DNA of 64,000 nt from Antedon mediterranea (taxonomy: Eukaryota > Animalia > Echinodermata). Position 1 is the stretch's first letter; each line of letters begins with the position of its first letter. This document shows positions 45,653 to 59,617 of this stretch, one piece after another. The translations under genes and the position numbers were made by a program. The stretch spans positions 3,338,201 through 3,402,200 of the forward strand of contig NC_092670.1 of assembly GCF_964355755.1 (NCBI RefSeq). The letters run 5' to 3'. Under the pieces are notes generated by a model, which saw nothing but the letters and a program-made list of their open reading frames with translations, had not been told where the DNA came from and made no database searches.

Positions 45653-47994
45653 TTGAACTAAAGTCATATCCATTGGAATTAAAAGACAGTAGTTTTTATT
45701 AATCAGTCACTTTTATTTATTATTTAATTATTAGTGATGTGGATGCGCCTCCTTTCTCTCAGCACACACCTTTGAAGAATGGAAAAGAAAGAACAAAAAA
45801 TCAAACAAAAATGTTTATCGCTTGAAAATCTGCCATAATGGCTGTTAAAGATGTATTGTCCCCCAAAAACATGAAAAAATTAAGATTAATTAAATCAGAC
45901 TCTGAATATGTTATTTTGTAGTTTTAATCAGTGGGAAAGCCACTCGACAAATCGAACAAATTTTCATCTAAGAGAGGGCGCCCTATTTTTTCAAATTTGT
46001 TAAAAATACAGAAATTTGTAGGGTTCAGGATCCCTGTTGAACAAATTTATAAACTACATTTTAAAATATTGGGATTAAAAATCGAGTAGTTGGGACGCAA
46101 ATCCGACTATTCCTAACTAAAGTACGTTCATATTGCATCGCGCCGCCTAGCGGGTCGTAGGCCAGGTGTTTACTTTTTCCGCGGTACCAACATGACATGT
46201 GCTATAAATAATAATAATAATAATTTATTTGGAGATTACACTTTTGCAACAGTGGCACTCGACCAAATGGAAGGTGCATCCAAGAGAAATATACAAAAAA
46301 AAAAAACATGATATAGAAAATAACAATTACAATAAAAAGTCGACGTAGGTCAACATGTCAAAACAATTCAACTACAGTAACTACAAATACAAAATTACAA
46401 GAAATAAACATATAGAATAGGTAGGAACTGTACAATATAAAATGAATTGGGCAACAACAATGTAGACCTAACACTATAATGAGATAGATATCAATCATTT
46501 AGTGAGATAGATATCAATCATTTAGTTTGATTGATATGAACATTACTCGCCTAGAACAATACATCTGTGTGCCCAAGCTCTTTTAACATAGTGCTTACAG
46601 TAACAATCAAAGATATTTGATATGGAATCGACGTCATCTATATATAAATTATGGTTAATTCTGACATAGGCGAGCACAATGCAAAAACTTCTCTACAAAT
46701 CTCCGCCTTGGATACCTACCTTATCTATCCGAGATGTACCGCGAAACGTAGATTTGATAACATTAGTGTGCACGCCGACGCTATTGTTCCATATTTATAT
46801 CTTAGGAAGATGTTATAAAGAGTTTTTTAACAACATTTATGATTTCAACATTGGATTTTCCTCTCAATTTCAATTCTTCCCGGTCAAAGTAATTTCCGGG
46901 TTTAAGATAAGTTCAACTTAGTTTCAAATATTTTCTCTCTTTTATACACAAGGGAGCAGTAAAAATAATAGATTTGACCTTAAAGGTGACTGGAAACAGG
47001 CACTTTCCATCAATCAATACAGTGTCCCTTTGGAAGACGAAAAAAAAAATTGGCCATTAATCATAGCCATTTCAGTTTTTTGTTTATTTTAAAACATACC
47101 ACACGTGTGTGAAGGTACAGTAGTTAAATAATAGGAATTGTACTGCAAATTAATAAAGATCAAATTAAATATACGCCATAAAGAATCAGAATATATTGTG
47201 GGGAATAGTATTATAAAATTACATAGGGAGATTTGATAAGACATTTTTCGAGTGAAATCCCGATAGCTGAGTTTTATTGAGTAAGCTTGCAGGAATAACT
47301 GTAGGCTATCTTCCTGTGTCCCGTTAGGACCGAGATGTCTGCCCATGTTGCAAGCCGTAATGTCTTCTTTCTTGGGCCCACTCTGTCACGGCAGTTAGTT
47401 TCAAAAGATGATTAAATTAAATAATGTATTAATAATTATTAGGATGGTATTCATTTGAATAAACGCCTCTCCAATAAAACATCACTTTGAATAATAACCC
47501 CCCCCCCCCCCCCACAACCCAACTATCTAATAAACGTCCATCCACATATTTATAATAACACAATTATACTATTTGTAGTAGAATTCACCGCACTGTTATC
47601 TGCAATTTACCAAGCATTTGTTATTCTTTTTTACCACTTTTCATATCTATGAGAGGATTTCATTTGATTATAAATGTTAACATATTATTAGAACTAAAAA
47701 ATTTAACATATATCCCTCGAATAAGCACCTCCCTCAAATGACCTCCGCCTCCCCAAAGGGCCCTACCAAACAATAAAAACTATACTTTAAAATGTTATTA
47801 ATCATCTAAAACACTGTGAAACAAAGTAGTTCAGTTTTACGAATGTCAAGCATTTTCAATAATGGTAACCGACAGAAAATGTATAAGGAGAACATTATCA
47901 TTCCGAGAACCATCGTCTACACTTCCTAGAGGGGGAGCGAGCGAAGCGAGCTCACCCTCTAGTACATATAATGATAGTAGTTATCAGTTCCACC

Positions 47995-50900
47995 CAGTGG
48001 TGGCGCCAGCGGGGGGGGGGGCCAGGGCCCCCCCGTCGGGGAAAGCTGGCCCCCCCGTCGGGGAGTATTGGCCATATTTGTCGGGGAGAAAAATATGATC
48101 ATTGCTTTTCTGGTAAAAAATAAAACAATATTAAGTGTACTACTATATATTTTAAGTAACTGCGGCATTCCATTTTTGACGTACGTACGATATACTGACA
48201 GCGAAGTAAACAGTATGTGGTACGCATTTGTCTGGCGGTGTCTGTTTGTACGAATCTTTCACTCACTGCGGTATACGCGTCGACATATCTGGGCTGTATC
48301 ATATTACATCCAGGGACCAAAATATGTATTTTTCAGATTCCAGGCGAAAATCGAAAATTCATTTGCAACTACGCATCGACGTACGTTCATACAGGGATAA
48401 AGGTACGAGTTATGTTCTCACGGTTGAGTTTACGAATTGTTTCAATTTACCAATAACCCTTGCGTATATGTTCGCTGTCGATTAAAGGGGTTTGGGTGGG
48501 GGTTCGATTGGGAAAAGGAAGCGGTTGGCCCGAACCATAAAACAGGGTCTGGTCACGTTTCTTTTCGCGCATAAATCTCGATCTAGGGTAGGTGGGTGAA
48601 TTAACAACGATATAGTTAAAAAGGAGATCTTGGGTCTCAGTATAAATAAAAGTACAGGTCTAGATGGCATACCCGCACGTTTTTTAAGGGATGCGTCAGA
48701 AATTATTGCAACTCCCATAACACGGATTATCAATTTCTCATTTGAAACGGAATGTTTTCCAAATGAGATGAAATTGGCTCGTGTTCGACCAATTTACAAG
48801 AAAAAAAGTAATCTTGAAACTGCTAACTATAGGCCTGTCAGTATACTGTCTGTGGTGTCAAAAATTGTAGAAAAGATTGTTCACTCACAATTAAATGAGT
48901 TTTTGGAAAGGAACAAGCTTTTATATCGTTTTCAGTCTGGTTTCAGACAGTCCTTTTCAACAGATCACTGTTTAATTCACTTGACAGACTTCATCAAAAC
49001 TCAAACAGCGAAAGGGAATTTTACTGGTATCTTACTTATTGACATCCAAAAAGGTTTTGACTGCGTTAGTCATGACTTACTTTGTAAGAAACTCAGAAAA
49101 ATTGGAATCGAATCTGTCAGCTGGTTTAAATCATATCTGGAATGTAGACATCAAACAGTCAATATTGGTGGGGCTGTTTCAGAGCCTTCAGAAATTGTAT
49201 GTGGAGTGCCACAAGGGAGCATCCTGGGACCACTCCTGTTCCTCATCTACGTGAATGATATGCCTATGTCCGTCTCATCATTGTTAATGCAATATGCTGA
49301 CGATAGTGCAATTGTCAATGCTCATCATGATCCTGATATCATCAGTAAAAATCTTGCTAGGGATCTGTCTAATTGTAATAAATGGTTAATTGACAATAAT
49401 TTATCACTTCACATGGGAAAAACTGAACTAATGTTGTTTGGTCCCAGGATGTCTCTCAAGAACTACACAAATTTTAGCGTCCTTTACAATGGCTATACAA
49501 TTTCTTTGAATAGCTCTATAAAATACCTTGGTATCGAACTAAGCAATAGGCTTAATAGTGAATTAATTGTCTCAACAATTATTAAGAAAGTTAATGGTCG
49601 TATTAAATTTGCGTATAGGAATTGTCGTAACTTTGATCGCTGTATTCGTAAACTCATAATGGAAGCCCTGGCTCTAAGCCATATAAATTATGCTATATCA
49701 TCCTGGTACTGGGGTACAACCGCGGATTCCCGTACTAAACTTCAAAGAACACAAAATAAAGTAATTAGATTCATCTTAGGGAAACATAGTAGATACCATA
49801 TCACCAAAGACGATTATACTTTTCTTGGTTTATTAGATGTTAAAACCAGGGCCGAACAAATGACACTACAACACGTACAGACAATATATACAAAAAGTTG
49901 TCCAGACTTTATGTTAAATAATTTTAATAGGATAAATCATAACCATGGTACTAGAGGTAAAGATTGTAATTTTATTGTTCCAATGAATAACTATACTGTT
50001 AGTAAGACCTTTTTTTTTAATGCAATCACACTGTGGAACAAATTACCAATAGAAATAAAAAATATTTTTACACACAATAGTTTTAAAAGGACTCTTAAGA
50101 AATTTTTATTAACAAATATGCAAATTATATAGACCTAAAATTATGATTGACTTTTCTTGTAAATAATAGTAGATATTTTTGTAATAATAATGATTATCAG
50201 AATTCAGCATAAATCTAACATGTAATTAAATTAATTTGTAATACTGTATAAAATAATAATAGATCCATATTTTTGTATAATTATTGTAATATTATTTTAT
50301 TATGTTGGGGACCCCTTTGGAAACAAGCCTCTGGGCTTAAAGGGCCATCCCCTGCTTTCCATGCTTATTTTCTTGTCTAGTCTTGTATTTTTATATTTAA
50401 TTGTTTCTCTTTTTATTTCATTTACATTATACTGTTTTATTTATTTGTACTGTATTTGGAAAGCAATAAATATTACTTACTTACTTACTAGGGTGGCTTA
50501 CTTCTAAAGGGAAAAAAAAGATGCAACAAACCCGTGACCGTCGCTAGACGCGGATTCGGCGCACTTGACTCTTTTAATTAAGAAGAGTAGGCTAGAGCTA
50601 TAGTTGTGTAAATAGGCCTACATAGTGAAAGAACTATTTATGAATTCAAGAGTTTAAAAAGAAAACGCAATTTAAAATCCCCGGAAAATACCCACAACTG
50701 AGTTATTTTCAAAACACATGCACTCCCACTACCAGCTAGCATCACGTTGTCTTAGCTCGCTCCTCGTGTGAATGCTGACGTCATCACTCTCCAAAAATAC
50801 ACCATTTTCCGCCCTGGTCTGTGTGCAAGCGTTAGCGTGGACCTGTATATTTACACCCCTGTACAGAGTAGAGTGTAATATCGTGAACTTTTTTCTCGCG

Positions 50901-51510
50901 TATGAAGGTTTTTTATATAATGGTATGCAGTATAAACGATAAAAAAAACGATAAACATGATGTTCTTTTATTATTATTTCATAGGCATAACATAAACATG
51001 AAATGTCTTGTTCTATGTACACGGCCGAAAAAACGGCATTTTATTGATTTGTGTTATAGACACGGCGATTACGGCAATCATCATTGTATACGGTACTAAA
51101 TTACATTGAGTTATTCACCCGGCTATAGAGTATATATCTGAGGTTAATAGACCACCAAAGCACAGTCGTACACTAAACACATGCACTATCGAGGCATTTT
51201 TGGATCAAAGTTTATTATTAGTTCGTCGAAAAAGATCCGTATTAATTAGAGTATTTAGGAAAGATTTATTTAAATTTACATTATTATGTGACATTGTTAT
51301 TAAATGTAAATGGAAACAGTTGCTCTAGCCCATTAAACAGTGTGTAAGCATCTATTTTTTCAAAATTTTCTGAGGCTCGGGAGGGGGAATACCCCCTCCC
51401 AAACCCACCCCCGCTTTCGCGCGTACGGCCCCCCGTGGGGGAATTCGGCCCCCCTGTCGGGGAATTCGGCCCCCCCCCCCCCCGTCGGGGAAATCCTGGC
51501 GCCACCACTG
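47995..51510. mobile_element. hAT non-autonomous element (8-bp TSD) inserted in a LINE and carrying a nested LINE
   Basis: GTTCCACC|CAGTGGTGGCGCCAG...CTGGCGCCACCACTG|GTTCCACC; subterminal GGCCCCCCCGTCGGGGA repeats. Confidence 0.9.
48600..50489 (+). mobile_element. 5'-truncated CR1/L2-group LINE with uninterrupted reverse-transcriptase ORF (48630-50132)
   Basis: KSTGLDGIP, NYRPVSILS, QSGFR, IDIQKGFDCVSH, GVPQGSILGPLLFLIYVND, QYADD, KYLG; AATAAA and (TTAC)n tail at ~50465-50489. Confidence 0.93.
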
Positions 51511-52365
51511 GTTCCACCTAATACAAGATTTAATTTGGTGTTCAGGTCACCAGAGATAAAATTTTCCCATACATCTAAATGATTGATATCGATTAACATA
51601 TATTCTAATTTGGTATATTCTTCAATCCTTATGCCATTGAGTTGGTTACATGTGAATAGAAAATGTTGAATGTCTTCTAAACCATTCTTACACATTTTAC
51701 AGATACCATCATATTCAGGAAGCCACTTACAACTCCTGTGACCTAAAGGAAGGGTGTTAGAACGTAGTTTGAATTTGAGGCTAGATCCTAGAAAGTCTGT
51801 ACAATCCAATAAATATTTTTCAAGGCACGGATTAGACTTAATAAGAGAGTATGTCTGAAGTGACGATTTTCTTAGCATTTCACTTTTCCAAAATGCAATG
51901 TTTGTGTCATGCATCAACTCTTTAAATCTCTTAACCCAATGACTATCAGGGTCATTGCCAAGGTAGGAAGTTTCGAAAATTGAGTCAATGTCCATATTAA
52001 TAGACGCACAGTCTTAGCAAAACAGGGAATCAGTTTATAGCGTGGTTCTACATTTGTAGTTGAACTTAGACACGTATTAAGCATAAAGTTAGGCCAACGG
52101 TGTTTATCCATGTTCATTACATAATTAATAAATTTGGCTCTAGATATATCTTGAATAACTTTAATTGGAACCCACCCTAAATCCCCATACAAGGCCTCTT
52201 TAGGTGTATTTCTACTAGCTTTTAAGATGTACCGCGCCATTTGTAATTGAAGTGACTCAATTTTATCAATATCTTTCCTGCTTTGGCTAACCCACACTGA
52301 ACAAGCATAATTTATTGTAGGAAGAGCAATTGTTTTCCATAGAATATATATCACAGAATGAGTAT
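51511..52365 (-). mobile_element. RTEX-like LINE 3' fragment (continues at 47960-47986 across the hAT)
   Basis: LWKTIALPTINYA..LYGDLGW..FKLRSNTLPL..CKMC..EDIQHFLFTC; the frame LVLGG|TDNYYHY is split by the hAT. Confidence 0.85.
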
Positions 52366-52424
52366 TCCGCGATTTTTGCATGAGAAATTTGTAACAGAGA
52401 GCTCCAGTGAGTGATGCCCGCCCT

Positions 52425-53112
52425 CATAAGGGCGGATGTATACATACTAAATAAGACTTGATTTAATAGATATTATACATGTCACATTAAATAGAATTAT
52501 GATAATAGTTTTTACAATTGTAAACTATTTTATAATACATATTTATTAACAAACTAGTTTACATTCACTTTTACAGACAATTATTTACTAACATGCTAAG
52601 TTAGTTCACAAAAAAGGCCTAACACAGCAACACCAAAAATCAACGAATCGTTACTCAGCACCATCTCCCTGCTCAGCACGGCCTATTCTTTACCATTGCC
52701 GTGTACTACTCTACGCCCGGTAAATTAAGTATTGTTTTTATGATATAAATTAGTATAAAATACATATTATTAATAGGACAAAATGTTAAATGTCATTAAC
52801 ATTTATTTGTTTTACCAGAAACAAGTTAAATATAGGAATATTATTAAACTATCCTTCGTGAAAACGCGTAAACACCAACACGCCCGGTCACGATATCGTA
52901 GCGCCCGGTTGATAAAGCAAACTGTTTATACGGCAGTTTTTACTAAATAAATTGCATAAAACGAACAATTAAATATCCAAATAGTATTTAACATGATGTT
53001 GGCATGTAGTTGATAACATTTTTTATCATGAAAATACTACCGGTGGTCTAGCCTTTGATTATTGAAACCGTCACAAAAAGTTGTATACATCCCAGATACA
53101 TCCACACTTATG
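52425..53112. mobile_element. MITE-like element with CATAAG...CTTATG ends
   Basis: CATAAGGGCGGATGTA vs TACATCCACACTTATG imperfect TIR; internal CGCCCGGT repeats; no clear TSD. Confidence 0.45.
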
Positions 53113-54019
53113 GCGGCGCCCTACCACATGGACAATAATTACTGTTACAGGGAAAATCGCAGATTACTCATTCTTGTGATATATATTCTTTGGCTATATA
53201 TATCGCGCTCAAGAACACAAAGCTAACTAGGCCTAGGTGCGCCTACACCGAAGCTTTCAGAAACAGAACAATCAGTGAAATAAGAAAGAAAGAAACTCAA
53301 TATTTATACTGATCAAGGAATGTAGCCAATATTTCGCTATTTTTTAAAATTGATCAGGTAAATACGTTAGGCCCTGGAAGTAAAACCTCCATGATATAGC
53401 TAGGCCTAGGCCCCCACACACAGAAGAGAAGTCCACACAAAACATTAACATTAATTGCTGTTGTGACCTGCTGTAGGTTTTGCTTCACATTCACTGCTGA
53501 TCATACTATTTCCACTGATTCATGTAAACTTAAAAATTATCAAATAACTTGCTCAGCTTGTTTTAAAGTGTGATCTATCAATTCATATAATCAGAGTCCA
53601 CAAATAAGCATTTCATTTATAACTGTATATACCAAGATCATGATACTGTGTAATTAAAGCACAATATTTTTATGAACGTATTATTTGATTCATTCAAGTG
53701 TTGCCACATAGTTCTGCTTTTTGAATCTGTGACCATGCATACATTTTTTTCTTTTCCTAAGCAGCCTTCATATCACACAACTCATTAAAATGATGAAGAT
53801 GAATACACAGAGTATGATCTACAATGCATAAATGTCATAATGAATTGTTGCTTTTAAAATTTTACTGATGCAAATTTATAACTTGGCTTCATGCATTCTT
53901 GAAATTTTGTACCATAGCAAATCCTGAAGATCATTTTATTTAAAAAATGCTAACCATACTGTAACCATATTGCAGCAATGTAGACCTTGTAAATGTGAGA
54001 ATGAATGACCACAAATTAA

Positions 54020-54140
54020 AACAAGGCCAACAGCCATAAGTCGCGTGCTAAAATGCATAGTGATACCGGACCGACAGACAGACCGATAGACCGACTGACT
54101 GACATAGTGAACTATAGAGTCGCGTCCACGCGACTAAAAA
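54020..54140. mobile_element. Helentron/DINE-1-like short element (related block at ~5757-5830)
   Basis: GTCGCGTGCT..., (GACC/GACA/GACT)n microsatellite, terminal hairpin AGTCGCGTCCACGCGACT, then AAAAA. Confidence 0.6.
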
Positions 54141-54518
54141 TGTATAATTTATGTTCATTCATAGCACAATTTTTGAATGGGAAAAAGAGAAGCCGGCTGT
54201 TTAAAATGTATAAATATAATCTCTAAATAGTTTATCACAAATATTTGTACACAGAATAAAAACAATACATTTTTAATGTTTTAACTTTATAACACAACTT
54301 TTTTTTGCATCAACATACAACATTAATTATTCAACTACTGTATTATTATAAATGTAATACTTTTATAAATGTTATTTGCTAATTCCATCCAATATTTAAA
54401 AATTGCATACAGTAAACTTTCTTATTTTTGTTTAAATTTGTGATACACAAAATACATTAAGATGGTATTATTTATAGAGCCTACCTCAACCTCAATATAC
54501 AGATATTGACTGCTTAGA

Positions 54519-54663
54519 GGTTAAATATAAGATTTGAAATTCCCGAGGGAATGATATTAAGTTCGAGGGAATATATATTTCCCGAAGCGCCAGCTGAGGG
54601 AAATATATATTCCCCGAGAACTTAATATCATTCCCGAGGGGATGTCAAATCTTATATTTAACC
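54519..54663. repeat. ~145-bp hairpin (long inverted repeat) element
   Basis: GGTTAAATATAAGATTTGA...GGGAATATATATTTCCC-GAAGCGCCAGCTGA-GGGAAATATATATTCCC...TCAAATCTTATATTTAACC. Confidence 0.85.
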
Positions 54664-55339
54664 GATATAAAAGGATGATATCTGTTATATTATATAGCCA
54701 AGAACAAGTCTGCTGGGTTGGGTGAAGCTAGGCTAGGCCTCATTTAGTATTTGTATTGTATTTAAACAAGCCTGCCGAGACACCTTACCTTGCGAAGAAT
54801 AATATACAGATAATTACTAATTAATGATTCATTGGCAATAAAATATTCACTTAGGCCTAGGTCGTTTAAATTAACAGAAGAATTTCCATCAATAAGCCTA
54901 TTATTATTAATAATAATAATATTATAATCAGGTAGGCCGAATAAACAATTCGTCTTCTTCTCTTCGAGGAGCCGACTCACCGGATGTTCAGCGCGTACTA
55001 GTTACCGGGTTACTACCGTGAGTATTGACCAATCACAAACTGTGTTTCATCACATTTAGGGTGGACTAATAACAAATGAGGGCGCTATGTATGCATAGCT
55101 TAAATAGTTTAGAAGATTAGTTTCTTCAAGCAAGTTCCGTGGCGCAGCGGTTGAAGCGTTTTCTTGTGATAGAGTGACAATTGCATCGCAAGTTCAAGAT
55201 CCAGTAGATGACTTTTGTTTATTTATCGGCAAACGCGAGTGTTGCACACGAAAATTACACAGTCAATATTACGTACTCGAGAATTTATATGATTAATGAC
55301 AGGGGACACGATAATTACGCGAAAATTACACAGTCAATA

Positions 55340-58300
55340 TCATCGTTCATTTACAAGGCAATGTAAAAACAAAAAGAAAAGTATCAAAAAATAACATTTA
55401 AGTCTTAACTAAGAAGCGAATTATACAAGTAAAATGAAATTAGTAAAAACAAGGTAATCTTACATATCGAACAATACTTAACCTATATGATGGAGTTAAT
55501 GTTATTATCTATTTATTATCAGTATTATTAATATTTTCAAGTTTTAAGCGAATATATTATCATTATTATTACTAGAAAAAAAAAAATATATATATATATA
55601 TATATAATTGCTAATTGATTTATTATACTGTTATTATTAAAATAAATGCAACTTTTATATGATTATTTGTTCTTATTATATTTAATATTAATAGTTATTT
55701 GTAATTTAATTAAATGTGATACAATTTTTATTATACTATTTAGTCTTATTTTTAGTACTGTATTATTTATTTATTTTATTTAGATTTAGGTTACATTATA
55801 TAATTTTGAAGGAAAAAAAAAAAAAAAATATATATATAAAAATATAATATATTATTGAATTAGATAAATGGTAAAATAATGTTAGTAGATAATATGGTGG
55901 GCGGTAAATATTTATATATTATATATTAAGTGTAGTCTTTCTATGTCTCCATGCAGCAGTTAAGTATTGTTTACAGTGATAGTCTACAATTTCACCGATT
56001 CTCTCAAATGGAAATTCTAAATAAAGGTCATCAAGTAAAATATGATGTTGGTATTCGATTGTACCACTTCTAAAATTCTCCCAGAATGTATCATAACCAC
56101 AATACAATAAATCCATTTTTAGTAAGTTAAAATGTGTTTCTCTTACATTTTTAAGGTTTGAATATTCAAGTAGAAAATGGTCTGTAGTTTCAATTAACTG
56201 ATTGTTGCATAGCTTGCAAAAACCAGTCTCATTTTTTGACCATGTATTTTTTCTACCTTCTAAATCAAGAGAGTTAGACCTCGCTTTAAACTTTAAACTA
56301 ATGGAAATTCAAAATTCACCATATCAAACATGTATGTCTCTGCTTTAGGTTCATGTTTATATTTCAAATATTCGGAGAGGGTAGACTTTGTTTTTGCACC
56401 TTCTAACCATTCCTTGATATTTTCTAGAGAGTTGGCATGTGTAAAACTCTTGAACCATTGACTTTCCGGATTTAAATTAAACTTATTTCCTAAATCAAAT
56501 TTACATAATAAATCTTTGATATGGTTAATCCACTTCCATTTCACCTTATCTTCTACATCCATTATAGATCTACATAGTAGTTTTTGCCACCTTTGGTCGT
56601 CCATATTTTTAATTCTGTTAAAATAGGACATCCTAAATTTATTTTGGATGGTGTAGAGTGTCTCCCATCCTAGGTCACCAATCAATGCCGCTTTCGCGAC
56701 GTTTCTTGGTGCCTTCAAAATAATTCTAGCCATTTGGTATTGTAAATTTTCTAACTTATTTAGTGAACCTTTAGAGTTACATAACCATATTGCAGAGGCG
56801 TAATTAATTGTTGGTAATCCTATCGTTCTCCATAAAAGATCATCATAGTATACCCTATTGAAATCATTCTGATTGTTTATAATAGAGGTAATATAGGCTA
56901 TTATCCTATTTCCCTTTTTGATTACTTCATTGATATTGTCAGAATCTGTATATGAACGTGATATTATTACACCAAGATATTTATACCTTTCTATTTCTGT
57001 GATATAATGATTACCAAGGCTCCATGTTCTATGTGTATTTACTCTTTGCCCTGTGACCAGCACATTTGATTTGTCAAAATTAAACTCTAATTTCCATGCT
57101 TGTGAATAATCACTTGCTACTTTAAGTAGTTTCACAAGTTCAGACTCATTGTCACCGATTAAAACCATGTCATCAGCAAAAAATAGTGCACCTATTTGTG
57201 TGCCATAGATTTGAACACCTAGTTTATGACTTTTGATTAGATTATTTAGTTCGTTAATGTAAATAGAAAAAAGAACTGGTGACAATGAACAGCCTTGTTT
57301 CACTCCTTCATTAATGCTAAACTTATCAGATTCTATGTCATTGAACAAAACTTTGCATTTAACATCATCGTATATATTTCTGAGTAAGTTAAGGAGTTTA
57401 CCACGGATACCAATTCTTTTGGCAGCCGTAATTAACCCTTGTCGCCAGACTGAATCAAAGGCTTTTTTAAAGTCCAAAAAGGCCAGAAATGTTTTTTTAC
57501 CCTCAGCACGCCTTGTGGCGATAATGCTTTTCAAGACAAAAATGTGGTCTTCACATCTTCTGTCTGTCCGAAAGCCCCCTTGGACTTCACCAAGGATGCC
57601 ATTTTCTTCTAAAAATTGAGAAATATTATATGCAATAATTCGATTAAAGATTTTTGAAACACATGAATTAAGTGTGATACCTCGATAATTATTGAGATCA
57701 CGTCGATCTCCTTTTTTAAATATTGGGATAATTATCCCTTCATTCCATTCATTCGGTATAGTTTCAGTTTGTATAATTCTGGTAAACAATTTTTGGAGTG
57801 ATAATGTGATTAGATTAGGCCTACCTCCGTTTTTTAACATTTCGTTTGTTATAGAGTCAATACCTGGACTTTTGTTATTTTTTGCCTTTGATATAGCATA
57901 AGCGACATCATCAAATGAAATATTTATATTATCTAAAATATGATCACAATGAATATCATTACTGTTACTATTATTATCGTGGGAAGAGTGGAGAATATCG
58001 TTACTGTTAGTTGTATTAAATTTTGCAATATTGCCAAAGTGTAATTTTAGCGAATTTTTCATATCGTCGTGGTCTGAAGAATATCTTGAAGTTCCTGGTA
58101 TTAGGATAGAATCAACATTTTGTTTCTGTCGTTTGCCTTTGAGTTCATTCCAAAATTCCTTAGATTGAGGCCCTCCTTTATCCATAATTTTTGAGCAATT
58201 TGATATTTTCTTTTGCATAATTTTGCGTTTAAAAAGTGATTTACAGAATTTCCGCTTCTCTTGGTATGTTTCCCATAGAGAATTACAATAATTGATATCA

Positions 58301-59385
58301 AAGTCAATATTATGTTTATTCTTTGAATATAATCTATGTGCTCGACACGATTGTCTACGTTGATTTATAGCATATTTTGTTTCTTTATCAAACCATATCT
58401 TTTTGTTTGATCTCGTTTTCTTATAGCCTATTGTATTCTCTGCAACTAGCGTAACTTTGTTTTTCCACTCTACCCAAGCATCGTTCGCATCTAAACGACT
58501 AGGGTCCCAATCTTTAAAGTCGTAGTTAATTGAACTACTAAAATCACTCCAATCTTTAGGGATATTCCAATGTTTTGTGTTAGTTTTGTCACCTTACTGG
58601 TTTTACAAATATTATTCTCTATTAGTGTGATTACAAGCATGTTATGATCACTTCCATAATTATACAGTCCAAATTCATCAATAAACAATTCTTTTGTTAC
58701 TTCATAGGTTTCTTGTGAAACAATGGCGTAATCTAGTATGCTGGCTTGGTTCTTTTGTACCCAAGTTAAAGTACCAGCACATTTGTCAGAGGCGTTAAGC
58801 ATAGTTAATTCACCATTATTACAAAGGTCAATCAACCCTTGACCATTATAATTAGTAATAGGATCTCCCCCTTTAATCGTGTTACCTACTTTACCATTAA
58901 AATCCCCAAGGATAATGATTTTGGCATCTTCATTATTACCTTTAATTATAAAAATTTCCGAAAGCAGAGCTGTATACAATTCATCGGTTAGGCATTTATC
59001 AGACCCTTCACATGGGAAGTAACACACTGCAACATGGTATATAAAGTCTGAGTTACTTCCAAATTGTACTTTTGTCCAACACCTTTCTAAGTCATCTGAT
59101 TGTGAATTTAAAAGATCATTTTCCAAAATTTTAATATTTTTATTTATAAGCAATCCAATTCCCCCTTGTGATTTTTTGGCACCTTTTTGTCTGTTTTTTC
59201 CAATCCAATTGTAATTTGTAATATCTATGACTTCATCATTATTTAGAAAAGTTTCAACCATTCCAAAGATATCAAATTTTTGTTGTTGGATTATATCCTC
59301 TAATATTATGAAAGGCAATTTTGATGTTTGAATTCAATTTTGAAGATTTATTTTTCCCTCTTCTAACTCTTTTTCGTTTTATGGG
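55340..59385 (-). mobile_element. RTEX-like LINE ORF2 (APE endonuclease 58491-59318, RT 56293-58218), frameshifted and 5'-truncated
   Basis: APE MVETF, GGIG, LGDFNG, LDY, SDH; RT NYRGITL, QGGFR, FLDFKKAFDSV, GVKQGCSLSP, FADD, YKYLG; C-terminal CKLC..HFLLE. Confidence 0.93.
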
Positions 59386-59617
59386 TGAACTAGTGTAATA
59401 ACTCAACAGTTGAATCTTTAAACAAATACAGTGATATATAGAAATAATGAATGTTTATGAGTTGGATTGTGAGAATAATTCATGAATTGAAAAATTGACT
59501 GCTCTATTTTTAACAAGGCAGGGCCGAGATAAAATGACCAGGCAATTTTTCATCAAATACAAAGCATTCATGATTTGTATTATAACAAGATTGAAAGAAT
59601 ACAATTGTGCATGTTAT

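Noticed and set aside
51284-51582. Gly/Pro-rich ORFs (also 47862-48168, 59580-59825, 60722-61021)
   Set aside because: Translations of GC-rich hAT subterminal repeats.
55133-55212. tRNA gene
   Set aside because: Only A-box and B-box-like motifs and no cloverleaf; at most a decayed tRNA-SINE head.
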